The position numbers and the translations under genes are program-made. Below the pieces are notes generated by a model. The model saw only the letters and a list, made by a program, of their open reading frames with translations, ran no database searches and had not been told where the DNA came from. A stretch of DNA of 64,000 nucleotides. Source: Klebsormidium nitens (Eukaryota > Plantae > Klebsormidiophyceae). Numbering within the stretch: position 1 is the stretch's first letter; each line of letters begins with the position of its first letter. Shown in pieces: positions 11,439 through 23,400 of this stretch. The stretch spans positions 239,328-303,327 of the forward strand of contig DF236987.1 of NCBI GenBank assembly GCA_000708835.1, written 5' to 3'.

Positions 11439-14400
11439 ATGCAGGCGCCCAAGCGCCCGGCGGAGGAGAGCAATGAGTTGCAGCTCGTGGCCGCAAAGAA
11501 GCAGAAAATGGACATCATAGAAGTGCAAGCGGGGGGCGGGCAAGGTGCTAACACACAGCTCGTAACCAGAGAGGTGAGTTTCTTTATCCGCCTGTCCTCT
11601 TGCTTACTTGGCCTGAGTGTTGACTTTTAGAGGCGTCCACTTCGCTTTGTTACCCTGCCGCCAAAATGTGCACCTGAATGGTTTGTAACCCCCCGCTGAT
11701 ATCTATAACCAAGATATGTAGTATAGCTTGGGCTGAATGCATCCTGCGTTCTTATTGCACTGTCTGTGGTGCAGTGCTGTTCAGCTGTGCATGATCATAG
11801 AGATTCTACATTCAGGAGCATATCTTGCAGAATTGGAGACAAGTGGGCTCAATGGTTGGTTGTATGAAGCAATTCTCCCCTTAAACTGTCTCACTGCCTT
11901 CCGCATCGGTCTCAAATGTTTTGAAGCGTTTGCAATGTTTTCAGATTCAGTTTAACAAAGAAGTTGATTAATGCGCCCCTTATACTGCTGCGGCTGCTGA
12001 TAAAGTACACCCGCTACGTCACGTGTTTACTTGAATATGATCACCCTTCAGACCGCAACCTTCCTGATTTGTCCTCTGAGAGTCGTCTTCCAATTTGGAA
12101 ATCTGTCTTGCATTTGGGTCATGGACAAAGGAAGTGCGCCGTTCCTACTTTTAATCCACATATTTCACAGCCCCCTCTTGAAACGGAAACTCTCGACAAG
12201 GTTCGCAGAAGCACCAACTGATCGACAGGGACCGTTGCTGATTTTTCCCCCAATCTCTGGCACAGGGAATCAGGCGGACTTCGAGTCTGCAGGCGCCGAT
12301 CATGCAACTAGTTGGACATGAGGTAAACTTACACCACTCATCAAGCGAAAGTTCCACTGCGTGATTCCCAAGGTGTTATCTTAGTATGTACCTTGGTCGC
12401 TTCCCGTCTGTGATACAGCTAAAGTATTGATGGCCTTCTCTGAGTGTAGGCACACCGGTCACTGCATCTGGAGTCACTGGCTCGGTGTCAAGCACTTGCA
12501 GCAAGGGTGTTATTAGCAAAGTCAACGTCTGCTGCCTCTGCATCCAAAACGCGCATCAACCGCATTCAAAACTGCTGAGGTCGGAAGAAATGCGTGCGGA
12601 CTTGTGTGATTGTCTCCTGTTGCATCCAATATGAACCTGTCACTTACTCTGGTTGTGCAGTCCGCTGTGTATACCATGAAGTTCAGCCCGAACGGCGAAA
12701 ACATTGCATCTGGGTCGCACGACAAGCACGTCTGTAAGTACACCTCTCACACCGCCAGCACGTTGCTTTCATGTTTGTGAAGGAAGGTCGATCTTTGTAG
12801 CCAGGGCAGTTTTATCGAAGCTCATTTTGCCAATATGAACCAGTGGCCTGTTCCTTTTGGTAGGTGATGTCAACCTTTGGGGTTCCCATAGATGCGTCGT
12901 TACAATTGCCGATAAAACATTGGAAGGGCTACACACTGTATCCTCATGTTCACAGTTTCTCCCAAGGATTTACGTGCAGGACGGATTTGATACTTGATGG
13001 GAGCGTCTTTGCTGGTGATCAATAATCAACTGTCTTTTGAACAGACAAACCATCGACTTTTTTCAAATTCCTAGGGCCATTTCAATGGAACATCCTTCAA
13101 GTCTGCAATCAAACATCGGACTCTTTAGAGCCCTTTTCTTCTCAACACTTTCTTTGAATGTGTACCTCTTAAGAACCTGTGTGGTGCATCTCATATTCAT
13201 GCCGCTTGCCCTTGACGCTCCTTTCCCTTGACACCGCCCAGTCTTGTGGCGGGTTCACAACGACTGTGACAACTACCTGGTGTTAAAGGGCCACAAGAAT
13301 GCGGTCCTGGATCTGCAATGGGCCCTGGACGGGGCCCAAGTCGTGACTGCCAGCTCCGACGAGACTGTCAGGGTCTGGTAAGGCTCGCCAAACGCTGAGC
13401 GAAGCATGATGTCAGCAGCTCGTCCTGCATAAAACCGTGGCGAAATCTCGAAGGTCTTGGAGTTCTGGACGACTGCAATAGCTGACCAAACCAAGGTGTC
13501 AGCGTCTTCACACAAGTATAGTGTAGGGATACGCATTCGTTTGCTGTGACTACTAGCAGAAGGATATTCTGTTTGCATCAAGGTTCAACTCTCTGAAACG
13601 GCGTCCCCGGCACAAAAAAAACTCTGTCGTCCCGAGATTTTGGAATCAGGGAGGTAATATACGCTTCCAGACTAGAATCTGTCCTTCTTTCAGGGAAAGA
13701 CCTCGTAGCAAGCTCAAACGGGTGAGAGTCGCAGAGAATTACGAAACGTTTCGGGAGAGGGCCGAGAGGCAGTAATCGGATTCTGCGGAGTGTGTTGTCT
13801 AGTATGAGTCTGTCGTGTGCCTATTGCTGGACCTTGAGATGTTGTTCGAACCCACCTTCGCTTGCCACGTGTCCAGGGACGCCGAGACCGGGAAGCAGGT
13901 CAAGAAGCTGGTGGATCACTCCTCGTTCGTGAACAGTATTTCCGTTGCACGGAGGGGGCCCCCGTTGGTCGTTAGCGGGTCGGACGACGGGACCGCAAAG
14001 GTGGATGCTCTTCTCCCGTTTTTCTCGAAGCTTTCTTCTGCTGCGGATGTTGGCAATTCTCTTCCAGTTTCCAAGGTCGCTTCGTCAAACATCAGAATCC
14101 GTTCAAGAGCTTGTTCAGCGCCTCGACAATCGTTTCCTTATGCATCTCCGTCCTCCACGGGACTGGCTCTCTTGCTGAGGGCAATTGTGCGTTGGAACAA
14201 TCTGGCTACTTATGGTCGTCAAACAGCCGTTGGATTGATATCCATCTCACAGTCCATTGCCTTTTACGCAGTTGTGGGATCAGCGGCAACGGGGCGTCCT
14301 GCAAACCTTTCCCGAAAAGTATCAGGTATACGTTGCCAACGCTCTGCTCCCCCCAAGATTGCCGCTCTTGCTGGTAAAGAGGGCGTTGTTGTGTTCTTGG

Positions 14401-17400
14401 CCCACATGGCTGTCGCAGCATTTGATCCTCCCGTTGACCTTGTCTGGATCAAGGCGACAGGGAAGCTTGTGCTTCTTGATCGTTGATCTCGTCCGCCGTT
14501 TTGAGGACTGTCTGCGAAGGTAGTAAGAACCCGAGTCAAAGTGGCAAAAATCCGAAGTCGTGACACCACGTTGTCGTCATTCGTCCGGGCTGTCCGTTCT
14601 AATCATTGCACACTTGCTGACACCGTTTCGGGTCTCCGCTTCAGCCTGTCGTTCGATTGGTTGCCGCTTTCCTTACATGTGCTGGCCCGTCTCCTTGTCT
14701 TTCCTTGCTGTTGTCAGACCGTCGTCAGGAGTGCGTGCGTTCTGACGTCACGCTTTCGTCACAGGTCTTGGCTGTTTCCTTCTCGGACGCAGCAGACAAA
14801 GTATATACAGGGGGAATCGACAACGACATAAAGGTGAGGGGCCGAGCTCGAGTTTCTTTGTTCCACGTTGTCTTGCTTTGTTCTGCTCTTCAAGAATGAT
14901 CACTCGATACCGGGACAATGATACAAAAAGCTACATACAGTCGTGTTCAGAGTTGATACTGGTTTCGGGTAAGCGAGTCTTTGAATTCCTGGGCCCAGAA
15001 TCAGAGTTTGAGTTTTGTTGTGAGGGCTATGTCTGCCTAAAAGTCCTGTTACATTCCTCGTGACTCGTGAGTGAGAACGTGTTCATGCCAACCAGTGTTG
15101 GCGGATTGAGACGGTTAAAGAACTGAGGGGGCTAGGAATGTGTTTTGCAAAAGCTGTCTGCGCCCGCTGGAATGGCATGAGTTGCTGGTCATCAAACACT
15201 CATAGGGTGGTCACATTTGTATCTTCGGAAAATCGGCGCACCGACCCCAAGGGTGCACACCGACCCTAGAAAGCCACTTCGGTCATAGTTGCTTTTGGGG
15301 TCACTCGACTGGACGGCTAGAATCTCCCGTTTTTTGCGTTCTTGAGTCGCGATTGTGCGCACCCACCCTAGAAAGTTTTCCGGAGGTCCGGGATCGGTCG
15401 GCCCCACCCTAGAAATGTTGCGACCCCGAACCTTAGGGTGGAAATTTTGCCCCGAGGGTCGGATTCCGGCCCCAAGGGTCGTTGCAACCTCAAATGTGAC
15501 CACCCTATCAGAGGATTTGGTTTCAAGAAGTCAGGTCATGAACAGTCCGGTGGTCTTGGCAAGCTTCGCTGGCCCTGAAGATACTCAAGATGGAGTAAGG
15601 TAGAAAGCCTTTCCTGAGTAACGCCGGGAACGGGTCGGTTTGCATCGACCTTCTTTCCCGTCTACTGCAACAGGCAGTTATTTCTGGTTTGCAGATCCGC
15701 AATTTCTCCCCTTCAGTTTGGTGGTCGCATGATCAACGTATGGCTGACGCACAACAACGCTTTGGTTGACAGATTGAACTTTGTGTTCATGGATAACAAC
15801 ATTCGTTCTGTTACAGGTTTGGGACATCCGGAAAAACGAGGTTACGATGACGCTGTCCGGTCACCAAGACACGATCACGGGTATGATTCCTGACTGATTT
15901 GATTGTGGTTCGGCAGTAGCTGTTCCTCTTGTGTGTACACATGCTCGTCAAAAGCATAGATTCGAGGGAAAGTCGAGTAAAGCATAGCTACTGCAGTGAA
16001 TCGATGACTTCTTAATGATGCGTGACATGTGTATCGCATGTGATTTGCTACGACTAGGTTCAAGGAAAATTTGTTTATTGCAAAATTTCAACCCTCTTGG
16101 TGCGACCATCTGAACCCGATCCGTTCGCACAGTCGCTAGCCGGTTCTGATTTCAAAATGTCGCCTTATCTGCCAATCAGTGCGCCTTTCTGGAAATCAGT
16201 AATCCACCTTTGTTTAAAAACGATAACCCGCTTCTCCTTGTTGCAGGAATGAGTCTAAGTCCGGACGGGGCCTACCTCTTGACGAACTCGATGGACAACA
16301 CGCTCCGAGTGAGAGTCAACTCATGCCGCCTCTTTCTTGTATGCTCTATGCCTGGCAAGTCCGTCGTTTGCAATCCGGTTGCTCGGATTGCTTTCTTGAA
16401 GCGCTCGTCTCTAGTTCTAAGCAGTTACTTGCGCGCCATAGTTGCAACGATTTCGTCAGGCCATCGCCAAAGTACCGTCAGACTCCTGAATTATCTTTCT
16501 ACCTTAGGTATGGGACATGAGGCCCTACGCTCCAGCCAACCGCTGCATTAAAGTGCTGACAGGTCATCAGGTGAGCACGCTTATGTCCTCGTTCGACTCA
16601 GTTTTGCAAACAGAGCTTCAGCCTGCCAACCAAGTAACGCTTCTTTAGCAGAAACCGCTCATTGGTTGCTTCTGGAGCGTTGACGCCCAACAACGAGTCC
16701 TAAGGTATTTGAAAGAAAGTCTCGTGCTTACTGAACACTGTTTATTGCAATACTTGTGATCCGCTTTGGGTGATCGACGCGTTAGCATGCTTTTGGAGAC
16801 GCTCTATTGCTGTCGCTCTGAAGCTGCATCTTCGCACGTCGCTCAACCGTTCAACGGCTGTTGCTCACCCGTAGACAGCCGTTTGTAGGAACGACTGCGT
16901 TCCTCATGTTGCGCAGTAACGAATCCTTCTTGCTTGTTGGATAAAAACACCAGACCACGATTTACCAGCTGCTGAGACGACGAAACAGGACGGAAGTGGA
17001 GACTTTCAGATGAACGGCGTGCTTAATTAGGAATCTCAACGTCTCATCACTTTGAATACGGCCAAAGGATTGAGCCCGTCCGTGCCTATGCAGCATGGCT
17101 ACGAGAAGAACTTGCTCAAGTGTGCATGGTCGCCCGACGGCAACAAGGTGCGTCAATCCTCCAAACGCCTCTTGTTGCCACGCAGGCTAGCCTTTTTCCA
17201 CAAGCTGTTTTTCCGAGATTTCTCATGCCTACATTCGTTTGGATCACTCCCTTTTGACTGCAAAGGAACTAGAATGGGGACTTTTGCTTCGGCGGCTGAA
17301 ATGAAACGTTGGGGGGGGGCTTTTTGAGTACGCATCAACAGACAGGAGTCTCGTGCAGGCGCCATTTATCTGGGTTTTGTGCAAAGTTGCCTTCTGTGAA

Positions 17401-18872
17401 CATCTTGAGATGGCACTTTATTCTGAGGTTTCCAGAGCCTCTGAGCCGTTCTGCATCTTCGAAATGTTTCAGCGGTAGCCTGATATAAGATTTGGTTCTA
17501 TGGTCGAGTATGTCAGGGCAATCTAATATCCCTGCATTGCCTATTCGATTCTGAGGGGTCTGTTATCCGAGTGATACCTTCTGGTGTACCTTAGCTTGCT
17601 CGCTCGTGAACTTGGGTTCGGTTCCCTTCTTCAAGCTGGTTTACGCTTTTGACGGTCTAGGTCCTCTGACTTCGAACTCTCTTCAAAGTCAGATGTCTTT
17701 GACAGTGATTCTCCCTCGGTTCCAAATACGTATCCATTCTTAGACCTGCTCACGTTTGTTATTTGGAGAATGTTCTGCGGTCTAGGTTTACCGACTTTGA
17801 AGTTCTCAACGTCAAAGTGTACTTTCACCAGAATTTTTCTCCTGTTTCGGAACTGGGATCCATCCTCAGTCTGACTCCGCAAGTGAAGTCGAGAACGTGA
17901 ATTTGGAGCTGACACACGTCTGCTGTTTCAAAAATTCTGCAGGTCACTGCCGGAAGTGCGGACAGGCTTCTGAATATTTGGGACATTGAGTCAAGTCGGC
18001 TGGTCTACAAGGTGGGCCCCTTTTCCGGAAAACCTTTCCATTTTCTTCTTGTCCTATGTTCTGCAGAGGCGACACGATGGCACGATTTCGTCATAGAGAG
18101 ACAGCTTTATGAAACACAACTTGGGCAAGACATGCAAGCTACTGAATAGTCCTTATCGAGTTCAGTTTTCAAGGGGTTGAGAACCTGCGCTAGCGGGTGG
18201 TTATCATCAGATCTGCTTCCGTTGGTGATGTTAGCGAGTACTGAAATGGCAGCCAAAGCCGGACTGCTTGGGTCTTTTGTGTCTTAAGCACTGCGGGGTC
18301 TGCATAAGGAGTCCGCTTCCAACAATCTGGAACGGGCATCAAGTGAAAGCTCCAGGATTTGGTCCGTGGAGAGAGCAGGTGGTCGAAACGAGGGACGACC
18401 TTCATGCTTTGAAAACTCCGTATTGACTAGACACCTCTGCTTCTATCTCAAGCATTGTCTGAACCGGGTGTTCCCATGACCCTCGGACTCCAAACCTGAG
18501 GAGGCAACTACAGGGATTTTATCGCAGGGGCTGTGCTTTCAAGTAGATTCAAACTGATGTATGGCACCGTTACAAATGTAAGAGGGCTTCGCTGACACCT
18601 TGTTGACATATTGCAGCTACCTGGGCACTTAGGGTCTGTCAACGAGGCCGCTTTCCATCCAAAGGTAAGGGACGAGTCTGGACTAAGATTGAGTTGCCTC
18701 CTCGCATGGCTCTGTCACTCATGTTGTTGCACCGCAACATCTTTGCATCAACGTTTTCAGGTGGACTCTGGTGGCTTATCATGTTGTGTGTTTATTGCAG
18801 GAACCTATCATTGGATCATGCAGTAGCGACAAGACACTATTTTTGGGTGAGATTGACCCTTTGGCAAGATGA
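11439..18872 (+). CDS. SNRNP40: U5 snRNP 40-kDa WD40-repeat protein
   Basis: Exons 11439-11573, 12266-12322, 12661-12733, 13242-13377, 13877-14000, 14272-14325, 14765-14833, 15817-15880, 16247-16308, 16508-16570, 17094-17147, 17943-18011, 18617-18664 and 18801-18872. Motifs include RTSSLQAPIMQLVGHE, LKGHKNAVLDLQW, GPPLVVSGSDDGTAKLWD, SLSPDGAYLLTNSMDN, EKNLLKCAWSPDG and LPGHLGSVNEAAFHPKEPIIGSCSSDK. Confidence 0.95.
15203..15507. mobile_element. MITE of about 305 bp in SNRNP40 intron 7
   Basis: Perfect 17-bp TIRs TAGGGTGGTCACATTTG (15203-15219) and CAAATGTGACCACCCTA (15491-15507), flanked by TCA on both sides. An alternative reading is a TA duplication around GGGTGG...CCACCC. Internal ACCCTAGAAA occurs three times. 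Confidence 0.88.
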
Positions 18873-20496
18873 TGCTCGTGAACCTCAAGTCCGAAACTTG
18901 TCATGTACGGCATAGAGTCAGCAAGAAAAGAACTTTGCCTGTGTTTGACAAGACGCAACATTATGCAAACGGTTCTCACAAGTGAGGCGTTTGTTTGCTT
19001 TTGCATGATCGAATGGAGATTCGATGGTCTCATTGCATTGAAGCTTCTATCCTCATGCATGTGTTCGTTGCACTTATGCGTAGTGATAAGTAAACTAGTA
19101 CGGTTGTCACAACAATTGTATTTCCTGCTCTTGATCAGTATGACATGCTGAATACGTACAATCTCATTTAGCAAGATGTGCCGAGACTCTAAGCATGATG
19201 CACAGAAAGGTCACAATTCCGGTACATGCTTATAGCTTCTCAGGCATGTGGCCCTGGTAAGCAACGTTTAGGTGAATGAGTCATCATGCATGACCTATGT
19301 GCCAGACCAGGATGCTCACAACGATACGATCATCGCGGTGACAGATGGGATCTCTTCATTAACGCCCTAGCCATTGCGGCCAGAGGCTTTTTCTTCCAAA
19401 TGTTGTGTGTCGACGCTTCAACATGCGCATGTGCATGTCTCAATGGTCTTGGTATAAACTCGGTCACGTGCCCGGTGTCTATGTTGGGGGAGTCGCCTCC
19501 GGCCAGCGGCCTTAGCGAGGGAGATCCCCCTCGAGCCCTCCGTCCGCCGGGGCGACTCGAACTTTGAAGTTACCCCCCAAGAAGTACGAGTCAAAGTCAA
19601 CGACGAATTTGAGATAGTTTCGACCGTTCGATGGTGTTTCCGAGGGTAATCTGGCGTGCTTCTCGTAACGGAAGTTGAGATGCGGGTGACTCTGATAGGT
19701 ACCTGGCTTGGGACCCGGTCCTAACGAGTCCCGGATGAAAGCTCTAGGAAATTTCGGTCTCGTCGCAGACGTCAACCGGAACGTATCCCCGGGTGCCGGG
19801 TTGCGTCCGCAAAATGTGCCCGGTACGTATCTCCATGAGAGTCTGCAGCGGGACTCCGATCAATTTGAGCATTCCGGTGCCTTCAAGGCATTGCAGAAGT
19901 GTTACGTAACAGGGGGGTGTCGGACGGCGCAGATGTCGAGCAACGTATGCCGTTCACTTGGCTGAAGTCTCTCATCGGACGGTTCATGTTTGTTAACAGA
20001 ACCCGCACTGGTGTTTACCTGGATCGGATATTTGTGCCCGCCCGGGCCCAGGGCTGGCCCAGTACCGTAGTCCTATGTGTCGAAGGCTGAAGCCTAACCC
20101 TAAGGGGTGTCGACATGAAGTGTTTTGTCCCCCTTTCGCCCTTTCGCAGTTTCGGAATTTCCCTGTCTATAATGTCAATGAGGAGGATCAAGGAGAAGTG
20201 CTGCAAAGCGTGGCGGAATATGGAGGAGATGATGGTATGATTCTTAGCTGAGACCAGAGGTCGCAGAAGTGAGCGGGATTCTGGCTCACAGCGCCGGTTG
20301 GAGCTGGATTTGTTGACGTGTTGGAGTGTTAAGGGAGGGCTTTTGCAAGGGCAAGGGGCGAGGGAGGTGCCTGAAAGGTAGTCCATGGTCGCAAGGTAGC
20401 TCTCAGTGTCTTAATTTCGAGGTACCTTTCAAAGATCTCAGGGCGTTTGCCCAGCTATTCAACAACTCTTAAGGTAGAAAGACCAAGGCAGCCAAG

Positions 20497-23400
20497 ATGC
20501 CGATCGACCCGTTTTCCAGCATTGCTGGTCTGATGACCATTATCCAGATGACGGTGGCCGCTTCCGAGCAGGCCAAGAGTCACAAGCACAATGTTGCGGC
20601 CCTGGCCCGTAGGATTAAGATGCTGGTGCCTCTTCTCGAGGAGGTGAACGACCGGCAGATGACGCAAGCGCAGAAAGACAACTTTGAGGACTTGCAGCTC
20701 GCAATCGAGCGTGCTCGGGATCTTATCGTTAAGTGCGGGGAGCGCAGCAAGGTGTACATGGTGAGTGCGCGGATGTTTCATTCTGGTCAGAAGGGCTTAA
20801 CTAAGCAACCACAGCTGTGTTTGTGAATAGCCACAAAATGGTTGGCAGGCGGTGTGTTCAGTTGCGTTCTGTGTTCACTTAGGTGCTGGACAAGCGGCCA
20901 ATTCTTCCAACTTTCCGAGGAAATGTGTGGGGATGCTTAGTATGTGGGATGCTGGTTGGAGGATTTAGTTGAATGTGCAGTTGGAAGAGTGGTCCTCCTT
21001 TCCTTTACACTGCTTTTCACTGCTTTCCAAGCATATTCATGCATGAAGAGTCCACTCTCCGCGATCTACACCTGACCAAACTCGTCCCGCTTCTTGACGG
21101 TATGGTAAAAGTCATTGTTCAAGTTTGAAGTAGCTTTGTTGCTTTGTTCTGAAGAAGTTTGTTGCCCGGCTTTGGGGCAGAGTTGGCTGCGCGTTCAAAC
21201 CATGGCCACTGGTATTTGTTGCAAGTGCACTTGCGCTGCTTGGGGAAAATGTCACCAGAGCATCACTGTTGTTGGCGGCCATACAGGGATGCTCAGCCAT
21301 GAGATTGTGGATATTCTGCCAACTGCAGATGGGGGCTCTACTGGGGTTGGCTATACTAGGCTTGCAGGCATCCTTTAAGGGATCCCTGTAGGCATCCTGT
21401 AAAGCCAGGTCGTCTCTGATGATGAAACAATTCTCGTTAAAGAACTTTCACCGTCAGACTCCAGCACTCAGCGCTCTGCCAGCCATTCCAACTCTGAGGC
21501 TTACGATGCCTTTTCAAATGCTGGTTTTAAGGTTGCAATAGTGTCCGGCATGTTGGGCAATACAACAAGCACTACGCAGCGGACTCCTACTTGAGATTTC
21601 GGTGGCTGACCTCTTCTGACTGGCAGATTACCTGCTCTGGTCGTTATGCCTGCAACTACAGTTAGGTTTTGTATTGTGTCGATTACCCCGATCGAACAAA
21701 AACAGAGCGAGAGAACATATGGTTCCCCTACTTACAGATGTTCCGTGGCACTGGCATCATCGAGCGCTTTAAGGACGTCTCCTTGGATCTGGACCGGTGT
21801 CTGAACGCGTTGCCTCTGGTGAATCTGAAGGTCTCGGAAGAGATTCGGGAGCAGGTAAGTCATAACTTCAGATATACCAATCCTCAGCGTCCAGGATTGC
21901 GTATTCAGTACTTAAGTTTGTGGCACACGCGTAACCCCAAAAATTTGCAACATTTTGTTTGCAATGGACAGTGTGACTCCTGGATGAGGGTGCCCTTCCC
22001 TGCAAACTTTCTGCAAGAGAGCATCTCAGCGTTTGGTATGCGGTTTCCTATTTGCACACGATTCTATTCCACTCAACGTCTGTGTATTCAGTGGATTTAG
22101 TTGGTAGAAGAAGTGGGTGCCGTTATGGATCAACATCGCACTCAGCTTTTGTCCGAAGCCTATTCTTCAATCAAGTCTTGTATCGATCCTGGAAGAGTGT
22201 TAATTTTCTCGTCTGGATTCTGCAGGTCGACTCTGTGAGCACTCAGCTGCGCAAGGCAAAGTACACCATTGATGAGATGGACCAAAAGCTCTCAATGGAC
22301 ATTGCCCTGGTTCTCAGAGAGCAGGTGCGCTGTCACTCTGCCTGAAGTCTTGCGAAATGCACAACAAGCAGGATACATTTTAGTGCGCGTCTTCTCTGTC
22401 ATACTGTGCGTTTCAGGAGGAATCATCTGGATTACCATTCTGGCAATGACCGGGGTGTTAGACCTTTCAGTGTTAACATCTGGAGGTGTTTATGGAACAA
22501 GCTGTGGAGCACCCCCCCTGGTGGATTCAGCACTTCAGCAACGCATTGGGGTAGCGTTGGAGCGCCCTCTATGTTTGAGGCTTGCATGGACTTAATGCCC
22601 TCTGCGGCTCACGCTTGCATGTAGTGGAGCAACGGAGTGATTTTGGTACATGACCGACCCCCTTACCGGTCCAGGTACAAGGCTAATGGTGACCAGTAGT
22701 TTTTGAAAGGACCGGGAGATTGCGTGGAAAACCCTCAACAAGCTCCTTCTGCCAATAAGGCAAACGTCATGCCCTCTTGTGCATGCAAGACGTTGTCAAA
22801 GAACGGGCCTGGGCTCCAACCTTGAACGTGAAGTTTTGAGAGGATGTAACTGAAGAAAAATCACGTGTTGCAGAGGGAGGGCCTGGAGGCGAACCAGGCG
22901 CTGATGCGTCAGCTGGCGGAAAAGCTGGAGCTGACGTCGCATGATAAGGTGGTTGCCGAGACCCGGGCCCTCGAGATCGAGAAGGAGGAGGTCCGTGCTG
23001 AGAAGAACAGGCAGGAGGAGGCATACATCTCCCAGGTGCGTGCGCCCCTTGCTCTGCATGTTTCTTGATGGTTTGAGGGGTGAGGGTCTTACGGGGTTAG
23101 GTGCAGCACAAAAATGTATGCACGTCAAGAGTCGGTGCGACACCCCATGCGGCTACCTCTCGACGTGCTGCTGATGCATGGCAGAAGGGCATACACAACT
23201 CTACCTGTGCCAGTTGAAGAAGTATTTAGAATTAGTAGTGTCCATTGATTATAGGCGAGTAAAGGAGAGGTAATCCAGCAAGGTTCTTGGGGGAGTGCCT
23301 GTAAAAACAGGTTAAAGTAGCGTGCGGAGAATATTACAGTACATCGTCTGGAGTCCCGGGGCCAAGGGAGAAGCGATTAAAGCTCAGGGGGGCAAGTGTA

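Noticed and set aside
13440-13505. Possible donor-side duplicate of SNRNP40 exon 4
   Set aside because: Only scattered short matches, not distinguishable from chance by eye.
19484-19580. GC-rich inverted repeat (gagtcgcc-tccggc / gccgg-ggcgactc) as a possible ncRNA
   Set aside because: I could not recognise tRNA, SRP, snRNA or snoRNA motifs, and found no paired TIR or TSD. It is more likely a repeat remnant, and an Rfam search would settle it.
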